Shown here: one piece after another, positions 1 to 14,779 of the stretch
Position numbering within the stretch: the first letter of the stretch is position 1
Layout: every line of letters begins with the position of its first letter
From: the human T2T-CHM13v2.0 reference genome, Homo sapiens
Assembly: GCF_009914755.1 (NCBI RefSeq)
Contig: NC_060925.1
Strand: one strand, 5' to 3'
Length of the DNA stretch: 64,000 bases
Program-made: the position numbers and the translations under genes
Notes under the pieces: model-generated
The model's database searches: none
The model's input: the letters and a program-made list of their open reading frames with translations, nothing else
What the model was told of the DNA's origin: nothing

Positions 1-160
1 TGTGTGTATGGGCATTGCATGTTGTATGTATGGGGGTTACATGTTCTGTGTATGGGGGTTGCATTGCGTGTGTATAATGGTGTGTCTGCACGTGTCTGGT
101 TTGCTCCCATGGTGCTGGTTTCACTGCGTTGCATGTGTGTTTCACTGAACGGCATGTTTG
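1..160. repeat. Degenerate (TG)n low-complexity repeat
   Basis: tgtgtgtatggg, tgtatg and gtgtgt runs. Confidence 0.7.
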
Positions 161-1129
161 CAGATCCATCCACCCAGCAGTGCTGGTGCTGAGGCCATGA
201 CTCCTCAGTGCTGCACGCGACCCACTCTCTCCTTCCCGCCTCCCCTCAGGCTGACCCCAGCTCTGCACCTGCACAAACAGGGCTGAGCCTGCCCCAAGCC
301 TGCCCTGGGCAGCAAATCTCCAGAACTTCCCTAAGCTCTGCCAGGTCCCCTTAGAGGAGGAGGGATTCCATTTCCCCACACACTCCACACACTCACCAAC
401 ACTTGGAATTATTTGACTTTCAAATTTTTGCAAATTGGTTGGGTGTGAGGTGGAAAATCAATTCTCAAATTTGAATTTCTTCAATGATGATTGAGGCTGA
501 AAATCTCCGTGTGTGTGCTGGCCACCAAGGCCTCCCCTTCTCTAAGTGCTTGTAGTTGTAGGGTTTCCTTTTATCTCCTACACTGATCACTCAGTAGCTT
601 CAGCAAATATCCTCCCCTCAGCTGATTTTCTCTACTGTGCTCTTCCCTGACCAGACATCTTTATCCAGATGACAAAGATATTTTCTCACATGTTCTTTTC
701 TTGGTAAAATTGGGGTAGTTTTAAGGGTCACACCTAGGACTGCACCCATCTGAGTTCACTTGGGTCTGGAATTGACTTTTTGTCATACAGCGAGCCGTTC
801 TTCCAAACACAGCCACTGAACCATCCATCCTTTTTCCAGAGATAAAACCTCCACAGCTCACAGGGTTTCATTCTCAGCTTGTCCTGCCCTGTGTGGCTCT
901 GCACCTGCCCCCACAGCTGTATTACACGGGTTCATTTTCTTGCCGTGGCAAGATGTCTCAGCCTGACTCTTCTTGTTCAAAAATATCTTAGCTATTTGTT
1001 AACCTTAGTTCAGCCCTGCAAATGTTAGAATAAGTTCATTTCTGTCCTTTAAAAGCTCTGATGAAATTTTGATTGAAGTGGAATGGACTCTATGATAGGA
1101 AGAACTGCTGTCTTTAAAATGACTACAGT

Positions 1130-1320
1130 TGACAATAATACATGGTAGATTTCAACTCAGCTAAAAGAGAAGCTTTGAAATGCTTCCAACACAGAGAAAT
1201 GATAACTATTTGAGATGTTGGATACGCTCACTACCCTGGTTTGATTGTGGCACATTCTATACATGTATCAAGATATCATGTGCCCCCTAAATATGTTGAA
1301 ATACTATGTAGAAATAAAAT
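1130..1320 (+). mobile_element. L1MA/L1MB-type 3' end fragment
   Basis: aaaagagaagctttgaaatgcttccaacacagagaaatgataact...atacatgtatcaa...aataaa resembles mammalian L1 3' UTRs. Confidence 0.6.
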
Positions 1321-1982
1321 CGCATGAAGTTTTCACCCCTCAGCATGTTTCGGCTCTTCTACTCATCTTGTTTTATCTTCTTTAATGGAGGTTAAGCACT
1401 TCCTGGGAAGGCTGCATTCATTCTTTATTAGATTAATTTCTAGGTACTTTATAGACATTGCTGCAAATGTGAATAGCAGCTTTTTAAAAAATTGTTTTTC
1501 TAATTGATGATTGTCAACGCAGATGAATTCTAGCATTTTTGTGAGTTTTCTCTTTATCTAGAATCTCACCGACCTCTCCTACTATTTTGCTGGTGTTGTT
1601 TGTCTACATTTAGGATTTTTATACAGGTGATCACTCTCCATCTGCAAAAAGTGGTAGGTTCATTCCTTCCATTCAACTCTTTGCACCCTTATTTCTTGCT
1701 TGTGTCTGGCTGAGGGGACAAGACTAGCCGTCTTTGTGGAATGATTGTGTGAGTGGCGGGGAGCCTGGTCTTCTAAGCACCTCAAAGAGAATGCTTCAAA
1801 GCTCTGTTGAGTGTGATACCTGTTATAGGTGTTTTGAGATCACCTTTATCAGGTTAAGAAAGATTCTTATTCCTATTTTTCTGAGAAACTGTAGAGAGAG
1901 AGTTTCTAAACTGGGCTGAGGACTGAGCTCTGTCAAGTTATTTTTTGCACGTATTAATCACCTTTGTAGTCTACAAATGTGA

Positions 1983-2320
<338 letters not shown>

Positions 2321-2610
2321 CCAATTTTCTGAATTTAAGCCATCTTTGCATTCCTGGTATGAAATGTATTTGATTATTATGTGTTTTTTCCCAACAGTTT
2401 ATTATGAAAATGTTCAATATTCATTTTACAGTGAGCACTCATACATATACTCACTATTCAGACTAACATATTACTAATAAAATTTACTAATATTTTATAC
2501 TGTTACAGTAATATTTTACCAAAATGCTTGATCACATATTCATCTATTCATCCATCTTCCTATTCATCCATCCATTCATCTTCTTAAATGTGTTTCCAGG
2601 TAAGTGGGGG

Positions 2611-2890
2611 ACCTCGGCTCCCTCAGCTGGGACCACAGGCACGCACCACCGCACCCGGCACGCACCACCGCACCCGGCACGCACCACCGCACCCGCATGC
2701 ACCACCGCACCTGGCATGCACCACTGCACCTGGCATGCACCACCACACCCAGCTAATTTTTGTATTTTTTGTAGGGACAGGGAGTTGCTATGTTGCCCAG
2801 GCTGGTCTGGAACTCCTGGGCTCCAGTGACCCACTTACCTCAGACTCCCTAAGTGCTGGGATTACAGGCGTGAGCCACCACACCCAGGCT
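2611..2890 (-). mobile_element. AluJ-type fragment containing a 19-bp internal minisatellite
   Basis: gctgggaccacaggc...agctaatttttgtatttttt...gctatgttgcccaggctggtct...gtgagccaccacaccc. Confidence 0.88.
2638..2750. repeat. Minisatellite, 6 x ~19 bp (GGCACGCACCACCGCACCC)
   Basis: Units start at 2638, 2657, 2676, 2695, 2713 and 2732. Confidence 0.9.
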
Positions 2891-3379
2891 GGAGTTAACT
2901 TTAGCTGTTTTGGTGAGTGTGTGTTTTAAAATACACTGTTGGATGCCAGCATTTAATATTTTATTTGAGATGTTCATAAGAAAGATAGGCCTGTGCTTTC
3001 TTTTCTTTCTTTCATTTGGTTGCCCTAATCCAGATATGAAACCAAACTGACACCACTCTGTTAAAATGAAACAAGCTGCTTTACCTATATTATTATTTTC
3101 TAGAAAAACGTATATAAGATATACACTTTTTTGATAAGACAGATATATCTGTCCCTCGAAAGAACGCACCTGTAAAACGTCTTGCCATACAGCTCTTTTT
3201 TGAGAAGGGCGGGGTCTTTGATTCCCACTTTTGACCTATGTAAGTTTCCCACAGGCATACCTTGGAGATATTGTGGGTTCTGTTCCACACTGCCACAACC
3301 AAGTGAGTCACAGAAACGGTGTTGTATTAAACATGCCATAGCATTATGTCTGAAAAGGCAACATACATATCCTAATTTA

Positions 3380-3700
<321 letters not shown>

Positions 3701-3854
3701 AAAAACTTTACTGCTAAACAATGCTAATGCTCCCTGGGCCGTCAGTGAGTGGTAATCTTTTTGCTGGTGAGGCTCTCGACTCCATGTTGGCACTGCTAAC
3801 TGATCAGGGCAGTCAGTGGTTGCTGAAGGCCAGGGTGGCCGTGGCAAGTCCTTA

Positions 3855-4393
<539 letters not shown>

Positions 4394-4794
4394 ATCCACA
4401 GCATCTTCACCAGCAGGAGAGTCTGTCTCAAGAAACCACTTTCTTTGGTCATCCATAAAAAGCAAGTCCTCCTCGTTTCCAGTTTTCTCACAAGGTTGCA
4501 CCAGTTTCGTCCCATCTTCAGGCTCCACCTCGAATCTAGTTCTCTTGCTGTCTCCACCCCATCTTCAGTCACTGCCTGTGTCAGAGTCTTCAACTCCTCC
4601 AAGTCACCCCTCAGGGCTGGAATCCACCTCTCCCAGACTCCTGTTCATGTTAATATTTTGACCTCCTCCCATGAATCCCCTGGGTTCTTCACGGCATCTA
4701 GAAGGGTGACTTCTTTCCAGGACATTCTCAGTTGACACTTCCCAGACCCATCAGAAGAGTCGCTATCTTTGGCAGCTATAGACTTCTGAAATGT

Positions 4795-5165
4795 ATTTTA
4801 TTTTTTACTTTTATCTTAGGTTCAGGGATACACGTACAGGTTTGTTATATAAGTAAATTGTGTGTCTCAGATTATTTCAGCACTCAGGTAATAAGCATAG
4901 CACCTGATGGGCAGTTTTTCCATCCTCTCCCTCCTTCCACTCTCTACCTTCAAGTAGGCCCTGGTGTCTAGTGTTCCCTTCTCTGTGTCCACGTGTACTC
5001 AATATTTAGCTCCCACTTATAACCAAGAACAAGTGGTATTTGGTTTTCTGTTCCCGTGTTACTTCACTCAGGATTATGGCCTCCAGCCCCATCCATGTTG
5101 CTATAAAAGACATAATCTCATTCTTTTGTATGGCTGTGTAGTATTCCATGGTGTATATGGGTTAC
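4795..5165 (-). mobile_element. L1PA/L1PB-type 3' UTR fragment inside Tigger1
   Basis: ttttatcttaggttcagggatacacgtacaggtttgttat...gtattccatggtgtatat; TSD-like tgaaatgt(a/g)ttt on both sides. Confidence 0.85.
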
Positions 5166-5846
5166 AGTGAAATGTGTTTCTTAAATAATAAGATTTGAAA
5201 GTTGAAATGACTCCTTGATCCATGGGTTGCAGAATGGATGTTGTGTTAGCAGGCATGAAAACCACGTCCTTGTACATCTCCATCACAGCTCTTACGTAAA
5301 CAGGTGCACTGCCTGTGAACAGTAATATTTCGAAAGGAATATTTTCTGAGCAGCAGTTCTCAACAGTGGGCTTAAAATATTCAGTAAACCATGCTGTCAA
5401 CACTTGTTCTGTCGTCCAGGCTTTGTTGCATTTCTAGAGCACAGGGCCAGTCAATTGAGAACAATTCCTAAGAGCCCTAGGGTTTTCAGAATGGTAAATG
5501 TGCATCGGCTTTAACTCCAAGTCACCAGCTGCATTTGCCACGAAAAAGAGAGTCCGCTTATTCTGTGCAGTTTTGAAATCAGGCATTGACTTCTCTCTAG
5601 CTGTGAAAGTCCTAGATGGCATCTTCTTCAAATAGAAGGCTGTTTTGCCTACACTGAATATCCATTGTCTAGGGTAGCCACCTTAATCAATGATCTGTGA
5701 AATACAATAAAGTGAAGTGCGCCTGCATTTCTTCTTGGACCAGGCATGGCACTTTGCATTTTTCCAGAAATGTACCCATTATATCCAAATTCTTCCGTAA
5801 ATATCTGTACCTGACAATATCTAGTGGGCATTAAGGAAAGACTCTG

Positions 5847-6000
5847 GGCTGGGCGCAGTGGCTCAAGCCTGTAATCCCAGCAACTCAGGAGGCTGAGCAG
5901 GGAGGATTGCTGGAGGCCAAGAATTTGAAACCAGCCTGGGCAACAAAGCAAGACCCTGGCTCTGAAATTTTTTAATTAAAAAAATAATAATAAACAAATA
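5847..6000 (+). mobile_element. Alu monomer (FLAM-like)
   Basis: ggctgggcgcagtggctcaagcctgtaatcccag...agcaagaccctggctct followed by an A-rich tail. Confidence 0.85.
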
Positions 6001-6029
6001 GAAGGAAAGAAAGACCTGGGCTTAAGGCA

Positions 6030-9000
6030 GCAACAGAAATTATCTAAAATGATATACGAAGAGAGAATTACTGAAAACATGAAGAGAACAGCAGCGATCA
6101 GTGAAGTCATATAAGTCAGTCTAATATACATGTATTGGGCTTTGTGAAGGGCAGGAAAGAGATGCAGGACAGTAAAATAGCTGAATAGATACTTGCTGAA
6201 AGTTTTCAAAATGTGATTAAAAACCCGTAAACTCACAGATTAAGAATCTCAATGAACCCCAAGCAGGTAAAAAGAATTCCATGAGAGAAAACTATCTCAA
6301 AGCATATCATAATCAAATCATTAAGACGATAAAAGAAAAGTCTTACCAGTAACCAGAGAATAAAAGTCATACTGTGTACAATGAACAAAAATAAGTACAT
6401 AAGTAGATTTCTCACAGAAACTATGCAAGCCAGAAGACAGTGCAGACTTCTTTAAAGCACTGAAAGAAAAACAAAAAGGTCAACTTAGAATTCTATACCT
6501 AATAAAAAATATGTTTCAAAAATGAAAGAAAATAAAGAATTTTTCAGTCAAATAAAAACTGAGAGAATTCATGGTCAACAGATCAGCACTACAATAAATG
6601 TTAAATAAGATTCTTCATAAAGATATTATACAAGGTGGAAATATAAACCTACACAGAGAAGTGAAGAAAACTGGAAATGACAAATATGTGGGTAAATATA
6701 AAAGCATTTAAATTAATTTTTTAAACGTAAAACATAACTTCTCTAAAGAAAAATAGTAATATATTAAAATTTATAATATACGAGGAAGTAAAAATGTATG
6801 ACAGTAGCATGAAGAACAGAAGAGGGGAGGTGGAAGCCGCTACACTATTCCAAGGCTTTTACACTTTCTGTAAAGTGGTTTAACATTATTTGCAGGCACA
6901 CTGTTACAGTAAGATGTATTCTATAAATTCTAGAACAACAACTGAAGAGAAAAGGTATAGCTCATAAGCCGAAAGCTCAACCATATCTATAATCACATTA
7001 AATGTAAATGGCCAAAACATTACAATTAAAAGGCAGAAATTGTCAGATGGAGTATAAATATTCAAGACCCAGCTAAATGCTGTCTACAAGACACTCAATT
7101 TAAAGACAAAAACAAATCAGATTAAAAGTTAAAAGATGGGAAAAGATACACCATGTAAACACCAATAGAAGAAATCTGGAACTGCTATGTTAACATCAAT
7201 AAAGGTTTGATTTGAGAGTAGGATATATTAGCATGGATAAAGAAGGACATCTTGTAATAATAAAAGGGTCAATTATTCAAGAGAACACAGTGATCCCAAA
7301 TGTATAGAGACCTAACAACAGCAAAATACACATCTCTTCCAAGTATACATAGAACCATCACCAAGAGAGACCATAACCTGGACCATAAAATAAGTCCCAA
7401 TGCATTTAGAAGGATTGAAATCATTCAAAAGACTAGAAATCAATAACAGAATGATACATGAAAATCCCCAATTATTTGGAAACTAACCAATACACTCCTA
7501 AATAACTAATGGGTCAAAAAATAAATCACAAAAAGAATTTTAAAATATTTTTACCTGAATAAAAATGAAAACATAATATTTTGAAACCTGTGGAATGCAG
7601 TTAAGAAGTGCTTAGAGAAAAACTTATAACATGAAATTCTTATGTTGGAAAAAATGAAAAATTTCCAAGTAGTAATCTATGCTCCCTTCTTTGAAAACTA
7701 TAGAATGAAGAATAATTTAAGCCCAGAGTAAGCACCAGGAAATATGAAAGAAAATAACAATAATAAATGAAATAGAAAATAGAAAAACCATAGAGAAAAA
7801 TTCATAAACCCAAAATCTAGCTCTTAAAAGGCTTATTGAGAAACCTCTAGCCAGACTGATCTGTAAGAAAAGAGAGGAGACACAAATGGCCAATGTCAGA
7901 AATGAAAGAAGGAACATCACTAATAAACCTATAGGCAGTGAAAGGATAATAAAAAAGTATTATGAACAATTTTATGCCAATAAATTCAAAAACTAAGATG
8001 AAGGAGGTAAATTTCCTAAAGGCACAAACTACTAATGCTCATTCAAGGAGAAATAGGTGCAGATAACATATTCGTGTATGTAGAAAATCCAAAGAAAACT
8101 ATAAAAATGCTACAAGAACTAGTAAGTGAGTTTAGCAAGGTCACAAGATAGAAGGTCAATGTATCAAAATTAATTGGACTTCTACATGCTAGCAATGAAC
8201 AACTGGAAATTAAAATTTTAAAAAAATCATAGAATAAAAATATTACATACTTAGTGATCAATTTAACAAAAAATGTGTAAGGCTCATGTCATACACTTTA
8301 AACTATGAAATATTGCTGAGGCAAATTAAAGATTACTTACATGGAGAGATATAACATGTTCATGGATTGGAATGCTCAGTATGCTTAGAATGTCATTTCT
8401 CCTGAAATTGATCTATAGATTTAAGGCAATACCAATAAAAATATCCCAGAATGCTTTCTTTTAGAAATGGACAAGTTAGTTTTAATGTTTATGTGGAGAT
8501 GCAAAGGACCTAAAATAGCCTAAAACGTTTTTGAAAAACAAGACAAAAGTTGGAAGACTTACACCTTACACTATATCTTATGGCTATAATAAAGTTGTAG
8601 TGATCGAGACAGTGTGGAATTGGCAGAAGGAGAGACACACAGATCAACAGAACAGAGTCCACAAATAGGCCCACACATATATGGCCAATTACCTTTTGAC
8701 AAGGTTGTCAAGGCAATTCAATGGGAAAGTCATAGACTTCTCAACATAGACAACTCAATACAGACTGCTGCAACAATTGGATACTTAAATGCAAAGAATT
8801 TAACTCCAACCCTTACCTCACACCACATAAAAAACTAACTCAAAATAGATCCTAGATCTAAATATAAATATAAGAACTAAAACTATACATCTACAAAACG
8901 ATAAAGGAAACATAGCAGAAAATCTTGGTGACCTTGAGTGAGGCAAAGGTTTTTTAAACAGGACAAAAACTAAAGCACAAATCATAAATCAAATAAAAAA

Positions 9001-9110
9001 ATAGGATGTTGCTAAAATTAAAATGTTGGTTCTTCAAAAGACATTGTTAAGAAAATGACAAGGCAAATCAAATACTAGTAGAACATATTCACAAATCATC
9101 AATCAGGGGA
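6030..9110 (+). mobile_element. Old LINE-1 (L1M-type): ORF1 3' part and decayed ORF2 with internal deletions
   Basis: A-rich strand with ORF1 motifs (tagaattctatacc), endonuclease start (ataatcacattaaatgtaaatgg), RT remnant (gcagataacatattcgtgtatgtagaaaatcc) and downstream ORF2 motifs; many stops. Confidence 0.85.
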
Positions 9111-11083
9111 AGGAGACGCTGGATGGTACCGTGCCTGGGAATGTGAAGGAGAGTCCTGCCTGAGGTCCCCACTCCCTCAGGCCTCCTGCCTCAGCATGGC
9201 CCCACATTCTGATGTTACACTGAGAACCATTTAATCTTTAAATACAGTCCCTTTCTCCAAGCTCCTAAGCATCTCACAGGCATACTCAGTGGCCGAGGGG
9301 CCTGGCTGGCCGGATGGGATGCCCCCTCTCTGGACCACAACCATCCCAACGGGCACGGTTCTGGCCATCACTGGGACAAAGCAGGCAGGCGAACCTTGGT
9401 TCCCCTCCTTGCTCCCAACCTGAGGAGCAGCTGGCTCCTCTGCCAGCACGTGGACCCCCACCATGCACAGATCCTGGTCCTCCTGGACTCCCAATGCCAC
9501 CCACCAGGCATACCACTGGGATGGGCGTGGCTCCCCACTGCTGGTCAGGGTTAGGCTGAGAGGCAGCTGGACCAATGCTTAGGGCATCTTCTGGAAGAAA
9601 TCCACCTTCTAAGAAAGAGGGTAAATGATCACAGTGTGGTAACGCTGGCAGAAATGGGAGAAAAAAATAATGTCGCCTTTATAAGGGAGTCAGCTGAACA
9701 TTTTACAATTCTTCCCCAAATCAACTAAGCCATTTTCACAACATAAAACGAGCAAAAAATGTAATTATTTCAAGGTGTCCTTCACCTCGAACTCACTCGA
9801 GGCCCACAGCTTAGGGGTTTTAAAAAATACATATATTTAAAGCAAATATTATTGCAAATGACTACTCTGTAATTTGGATTAATTGCTTTCGGTTTTTTCT
9901 GGAAATAAAATCTTTAAGGCAAACTCATAAAAACTCTGGAGCACAGGGCAGCTGTTCCTCAGTGCCTCACTTCAGAGAGTCCAGTGCCTCCTCACAGGGG
10001 ACCATGTTCCACAAAGTTGCCTGTTTGGCCAAAGACCCTGGGGGTACCTGTGACACCCTCATCAGAGGCCACAGCCAAGAACAGCCCAGGCCCCCACCAC
10101 AGTGCCCATTAAACCCTGCTGGCATGGCAGCCTGTAAGCCTCAGGGGTGGCCCCAAGATACCTACGCAGGGAGAGTCCAGGAAGGACCCAGCCAGGTTCA
10201 TCACTGCTCCCTCTGGGGGGGTGAGGTCAGGGGCTTAGCTGGGCCCCGCTGTGTGGCTTCAGAGACTCAGCCAAGAGAGATGGGCAGGACTGGGGAGAAT
10301 TGGCTCTGGCTGTTCCTGAACTTACATGAAGTGTGTGGCTGTCTGAGTGCTGGAGCAGCGGGAGGGTGGTGCACAAAAGGGGGTTAAAGGAAAGACCCTC
10401 CCATTCCAAGCAGCTTCCGGGGTTTCCAATCCTCCTTAGAACAACTGGACTCAAGCCTTTTCCTGACATAGGATCCTGGCAAGACCCTGTTGCAGGGAGG
10501 GACCTCAGGAAAGCCAAGAGGTGTGTGTCCATCTTCAGGAATGAGTTGCACAAACATGTTGCAGGGGGCCCAGGAGAATGAAGATGGGGCAGGGCCATTC
10601 AGACATCTCTGGGGACCCTGGCAAGCAGTTTCAGCAGAATGAGGGACAATGGGCAGAGTGTCTGGTGGGGCAAGGGCATGGATGTCATCTGCCTGCCACT
10701 TATCTGTTTCCATAAAGCCCATCACTTTATTTGTTCTGTGCAGCAACCCTGAGAGGTGGGCATCACCTCTCTTTCTTGGGTCCCATGCCCAGGGTCACAT
10801 GCCAAGGAGTGACAGACTGGGGACTGTACTTGTACCTACAGGTGCAATAAATGGAGGTGAGGAAGATCAGGTTTCTGCCCCTGGAGAGCTCCATCCTGGG
10901 TCAACAGCAGACATGGATCAGACCTGCTTGTCAAGGTGAAACTTACCACTACACACAGCTGGGCACAAGAACAGAGATCTGGGGTCTCAGGGCAGCTCTG
11001 TGGCCAGAGTGCCCTGTGACTTGGAGCAGAAGCTATTCTTCTACTAGTCATCAGTTTTACAATCAGTTCATTAGGTGGAGGGA

Positions 11084-12338
11084 TTCATCCATCCATCTAT
11101 CCACCCACCCACCTATTCACCCATCCATTCATCCAACCACCCATTCATCCATCCAACCCCCAACCGGTAGACACCCATCCACCCACTCATCCCTCCACCC
11201 ACCCACCCAGCCACCCATCCACTCATCCATCCACCCAATGCCCACCCACCATCCACTCACCCATCCACCAACCCACTCATCCACCAACCCACCCATCCAA
11301 CCCACCCACCCAACACCTGCCCACCCATCCATTCACCCACTCACACACTCATCCACACATCCACCTCTCCATTCACCCATCCTCCCACTCATCCATCCAT
11401 CCAACACCCACCCACCCACCATCCAACCATTCATCCACCAACTCACACATCCAACCCATCCACTAAACTCCCACCCACCTAACCATTCACCAACTCACCC
11501 ACACAGCCACCCACTCAGCTATCATCCATCCACTCATCCATCCATCCACCCACCCATCAACCTGACACCCACCCATCATCCATCCATCCATCCATCCATC
11601 CATTTACCCACACACCCACCCATCCATTCACCCAACACTCACTGACTCACACACCTACACATCCACCCACCCACCCATCCATCCATCACCCATCTACCCA
11701 CCCACTCACCTGCACGTTCACCCACTCATCCACCCAACACCCGCCCATCCATCCATCCATCCACCCAACCCACTCACCCCACCCACTCATCCATGCATCC
11801 ACCCACCCATCCATCCATTCATCCATCCATCCACCAAGTCACCCATCCATCCATCCATCCTCCATACACTCACCCACCCATCCACCCACCCATCCACCCA
11901 ACACCCACCCACTCATCCATCCATCCACTCACCCATCCATCCATCCATCCACCCACCCACCCATCCATCCCTCCATCCATCCATCCACTCATCCATCTAT
12001 CCACACACAAATCCATCATCTATCCATCTTCCATCCACTCACCCACCCATCTATCCACCCAACACTCATCCATCCATCCATCCATCCATTCATTTATCCA
12101 CCTATCCACACACACACCCATCATCCATCCATTCTCCATCCACGCAACACCTACCCACCCATCCATTCATTCATCCATCCACTTACTCACCCACCCATCC
12201 ATCCACCCATCCATCTATTCCTCCATGCACACACCCATCATCCATCCATTCATTCATCCACCAATCCATACTCCATTCTTCATCCTTCCAACCTCTATCC
12301 ATCCATCCATTTTTCACTCATCTTCCATCCATCCGTCC
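11084..12338. repeat. ~1.25 kb degenerate (CCAT)n/(CCAC)n simple repeat
   Basis: Continuous catc/cacc tetramers; source of the His/Pro-rich spurious ORFs. Confidence 0.95.
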
Positions 12339-12470
12339 AACAACCATTTGTTGATCATCTCATGTGTGCCACGCTCTCCTTTATACACTGGGGAACAAAG
12401 AAAAACAAAACAGACAAGAAGCCCCCCTCTCATGACACCCTCAGAGTTGTGTTGGGCGGGGAGGTTTCGG
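12339..12470 (-). mobile_element. L2 3' end fragment
   Basis: caaccatttgttgatcatctcatgtgtgcca...cactgggga...cagacaag...ctcatg resembles the antisense L2 terminus. Confidence 0.6.
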
Positions 12471-13213
12471 GACCATTCAGGAAGCTTTTGAGGTGACAAA
12501 TGTGGGAAGAGGTGGTGGCAGTGGACACAGAAGGCAGCAACTGCCCTTGACGGAGGAGCTGCCCCTCCTGTGGGGATTAAGGCCTGTGTCCTGGGCCCCT
12601 CCAGGCCACTCCTTGCAAGGAGGCAGAGGGGCATGGGGTGTGGGAGCAGAGCCAGCTCAGCCCAGGGTGTGTGGGAGAAGGAGTCTGTGCTGGCTGCCCT
12701 GCCCTGAAAGGAATCGGGAAGCATTCAGGCCCTTGTGGATTCTGGGGACTGTGGAGCCGCCACACCCCTGCCCTGGAAAAGATGGGGAATCTGCGTGTCC
12801 AGGTCAGGGAGGACACCAAAGGTCCACCCTAGGCTGAGTCTGCAGGGGAGTGGCCAGAGTGCCCCTGATCCTCGCCACAGATGGGGAAGGCCATAGGAAA
12901 GTGATTCAGCCCCTCAGGCCACCAGGCACCCCCACCCCACCTCGAGGGAGGCTTAACTTCAGGACACCAAGAACTGCCTCAGTTTACTTCTCTGTGTGGG
13001 TCTCTTTCACCACACAGCCTCACACAGGGGCATCTGCTGGTGCTGGTGTCCCTTCTCTGTGCTGGGGGCAGGGGTGCCTGGGCTGTGATCCCCTCCTATG
13101 GGAACCCAGTTGTGTCTGGGCTCATAACTGCTGTCCTCATGAGTACTGTGACACAGAGAGCAAGAGGCAAGACCCACTGGACTGGAGGGACGAGGGCTTT
13201 GGGAGAAGGTGGT

Positions 13214-13673
13214 TGCATTTGTCCATTCTTGCACTACTGTAAAGAAATACCTGAGACTGGGGGTAAAGTATAAAGCAAAGAGATTTAATTGGCTCACAGT
13301 TCTGTAGGCTGTACAGGAAGCATGATGCTGGCATCTGCTCAGCTTATAGGGAGGCCTCAGGAAACTTACAATCATGGCAGAAGGCTAAGGGGGAGCATGA
13401 GGCATCTCACAAGGTGGGAGCAGGAGCAAGAGAGAGAGCGGGGAGGTGCCACATGCTTTTAGGCAACCAGATCTTAGGAGAACTCACTATGGTGATGCCA
13501 ACATCAAGAGGGGATGGTGTTAAACCACGAGAAACTGCTCCCACGATTCAATCACCTCCCACCATGAGAAGCCATCCCTGTGATCCAGTCACCTCCCGCC
13601 AGGCCCCACCTCCAGCACTGGAGATTACATTTCAATATGAGATTTTGGTGGGACACAGATCCAAAGCATATCA
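13214..13673 (-). mobile_element. MST-type (ERVL-MaLR) solo LTR
   Basis: TG...CA ends; aaagaaatacctgagactggg, ggcctcaggaaacttacaatcatggcagaaggc; degenerate 5-bp TSD gtggt/atggc. Confidence 0.9.
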
Positions 13674-14779
13674 ATGGCCTTTCAGCTCTAGGAAACTGCC
13701 CCCTGCAGTACCTGAGGGGCTGCACTCTCCTTGTCCATGTGCAGAGGGGCTCCCCTGGGCAGCAAGAGGGATAGCCCTCTCTGAGTGGGTTTGTGCAGAG
13801 CCCACCCCAGCCTCAGACTCCCAGTGGCTAAGCAATGCCCCTCAAGCCTGGGCGGCTTCCACACACAAGAGCCCCTCATCCAGTGCCCTCCAGCCCGGTG
13901 TACGAAATCCCTCTTTATGGCATAGCGTGTGCGAGTGGCCCTGTGGCTCTGTGCATATAATTCCTGCACCACAAATGTCAGATGGCTAGATCTCCCTAAC
14001 AAGGGGGCAGAAACTCCTCCAGCCATCCTCTCATTTCCAAACACTGCCACCATTTGTTTTCAGAAAAGGCCTTGTTTTGCGGATATTTTCAAGGATCCGT
14101 TCTTTCTTGGGAGCTCTGGGGTCCGGGGTGTAGCCATCCTCCCCTTGAGGCTGCCTGGAGGCTGAGGGTCAGGAGCGAGTGGGGCTGGGGGCTAGGTTGC
14201 TGCCCCTCAGCGTGTCTCCCCAGGATCTGCAGGAGCCATGTCCCTGGCTCTCTCAGGGGACATACCCAATTTTAGGGGTGTGAGTGGAGGCCAGTCACTG
14301 TCCTCAAGTACTCAGCAAAGAGCCCCCAATCCCGCTGGTGAAGTTCTCACCCCACCCCCTGCTTCCTCATCCAATCAGGGACAAGGTGGGGACAGTGACC
14401 CAGGAATTGCTGCAGCCCTGGAAATCCCTTGGGGCTTAAGCCTCAAATGAAAAGTGAGTAAAATCTAACAAAAAGGCAACATTGTCCATTACTGACTCAC
14501 GTGGATCTTCGAAGAAGGCACCCAGTGCACATCTGCTGGGGAACAGGGAAGAAATCAGATCAGACCCCACACAGCCCCGCCGGGAGCCCCGCAGCAGGAG
14601 GGGACAGAGAAGACAGGTCAAAGAGGGTGTCCTGAACCCCCAAAGAGGCCCGTAGCCCCTGGGCAGATGAGTCACAGGCAGCACAGAAGCAAGGCTCAGA
14701 GCGAGGGCACTGCTGGAGAGAGCGTGGCAGAGGCAGAAGCAGCTGGGACTGTCCACGGAGGAACAGACAAGGGAGACAT

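Noticed and set aside
9110-9260. TGATG...CTGA motif suggesting a C/D snoRNA
   Set aside because: Boxes are only about 10 nt apart, there is no terminal stem, and it is not in an evident host intron.
10851-12491. His/Pro-rich ORFs of 264 and 232 aa
   Set aside because: Translations of the (CCAT)n repeat.
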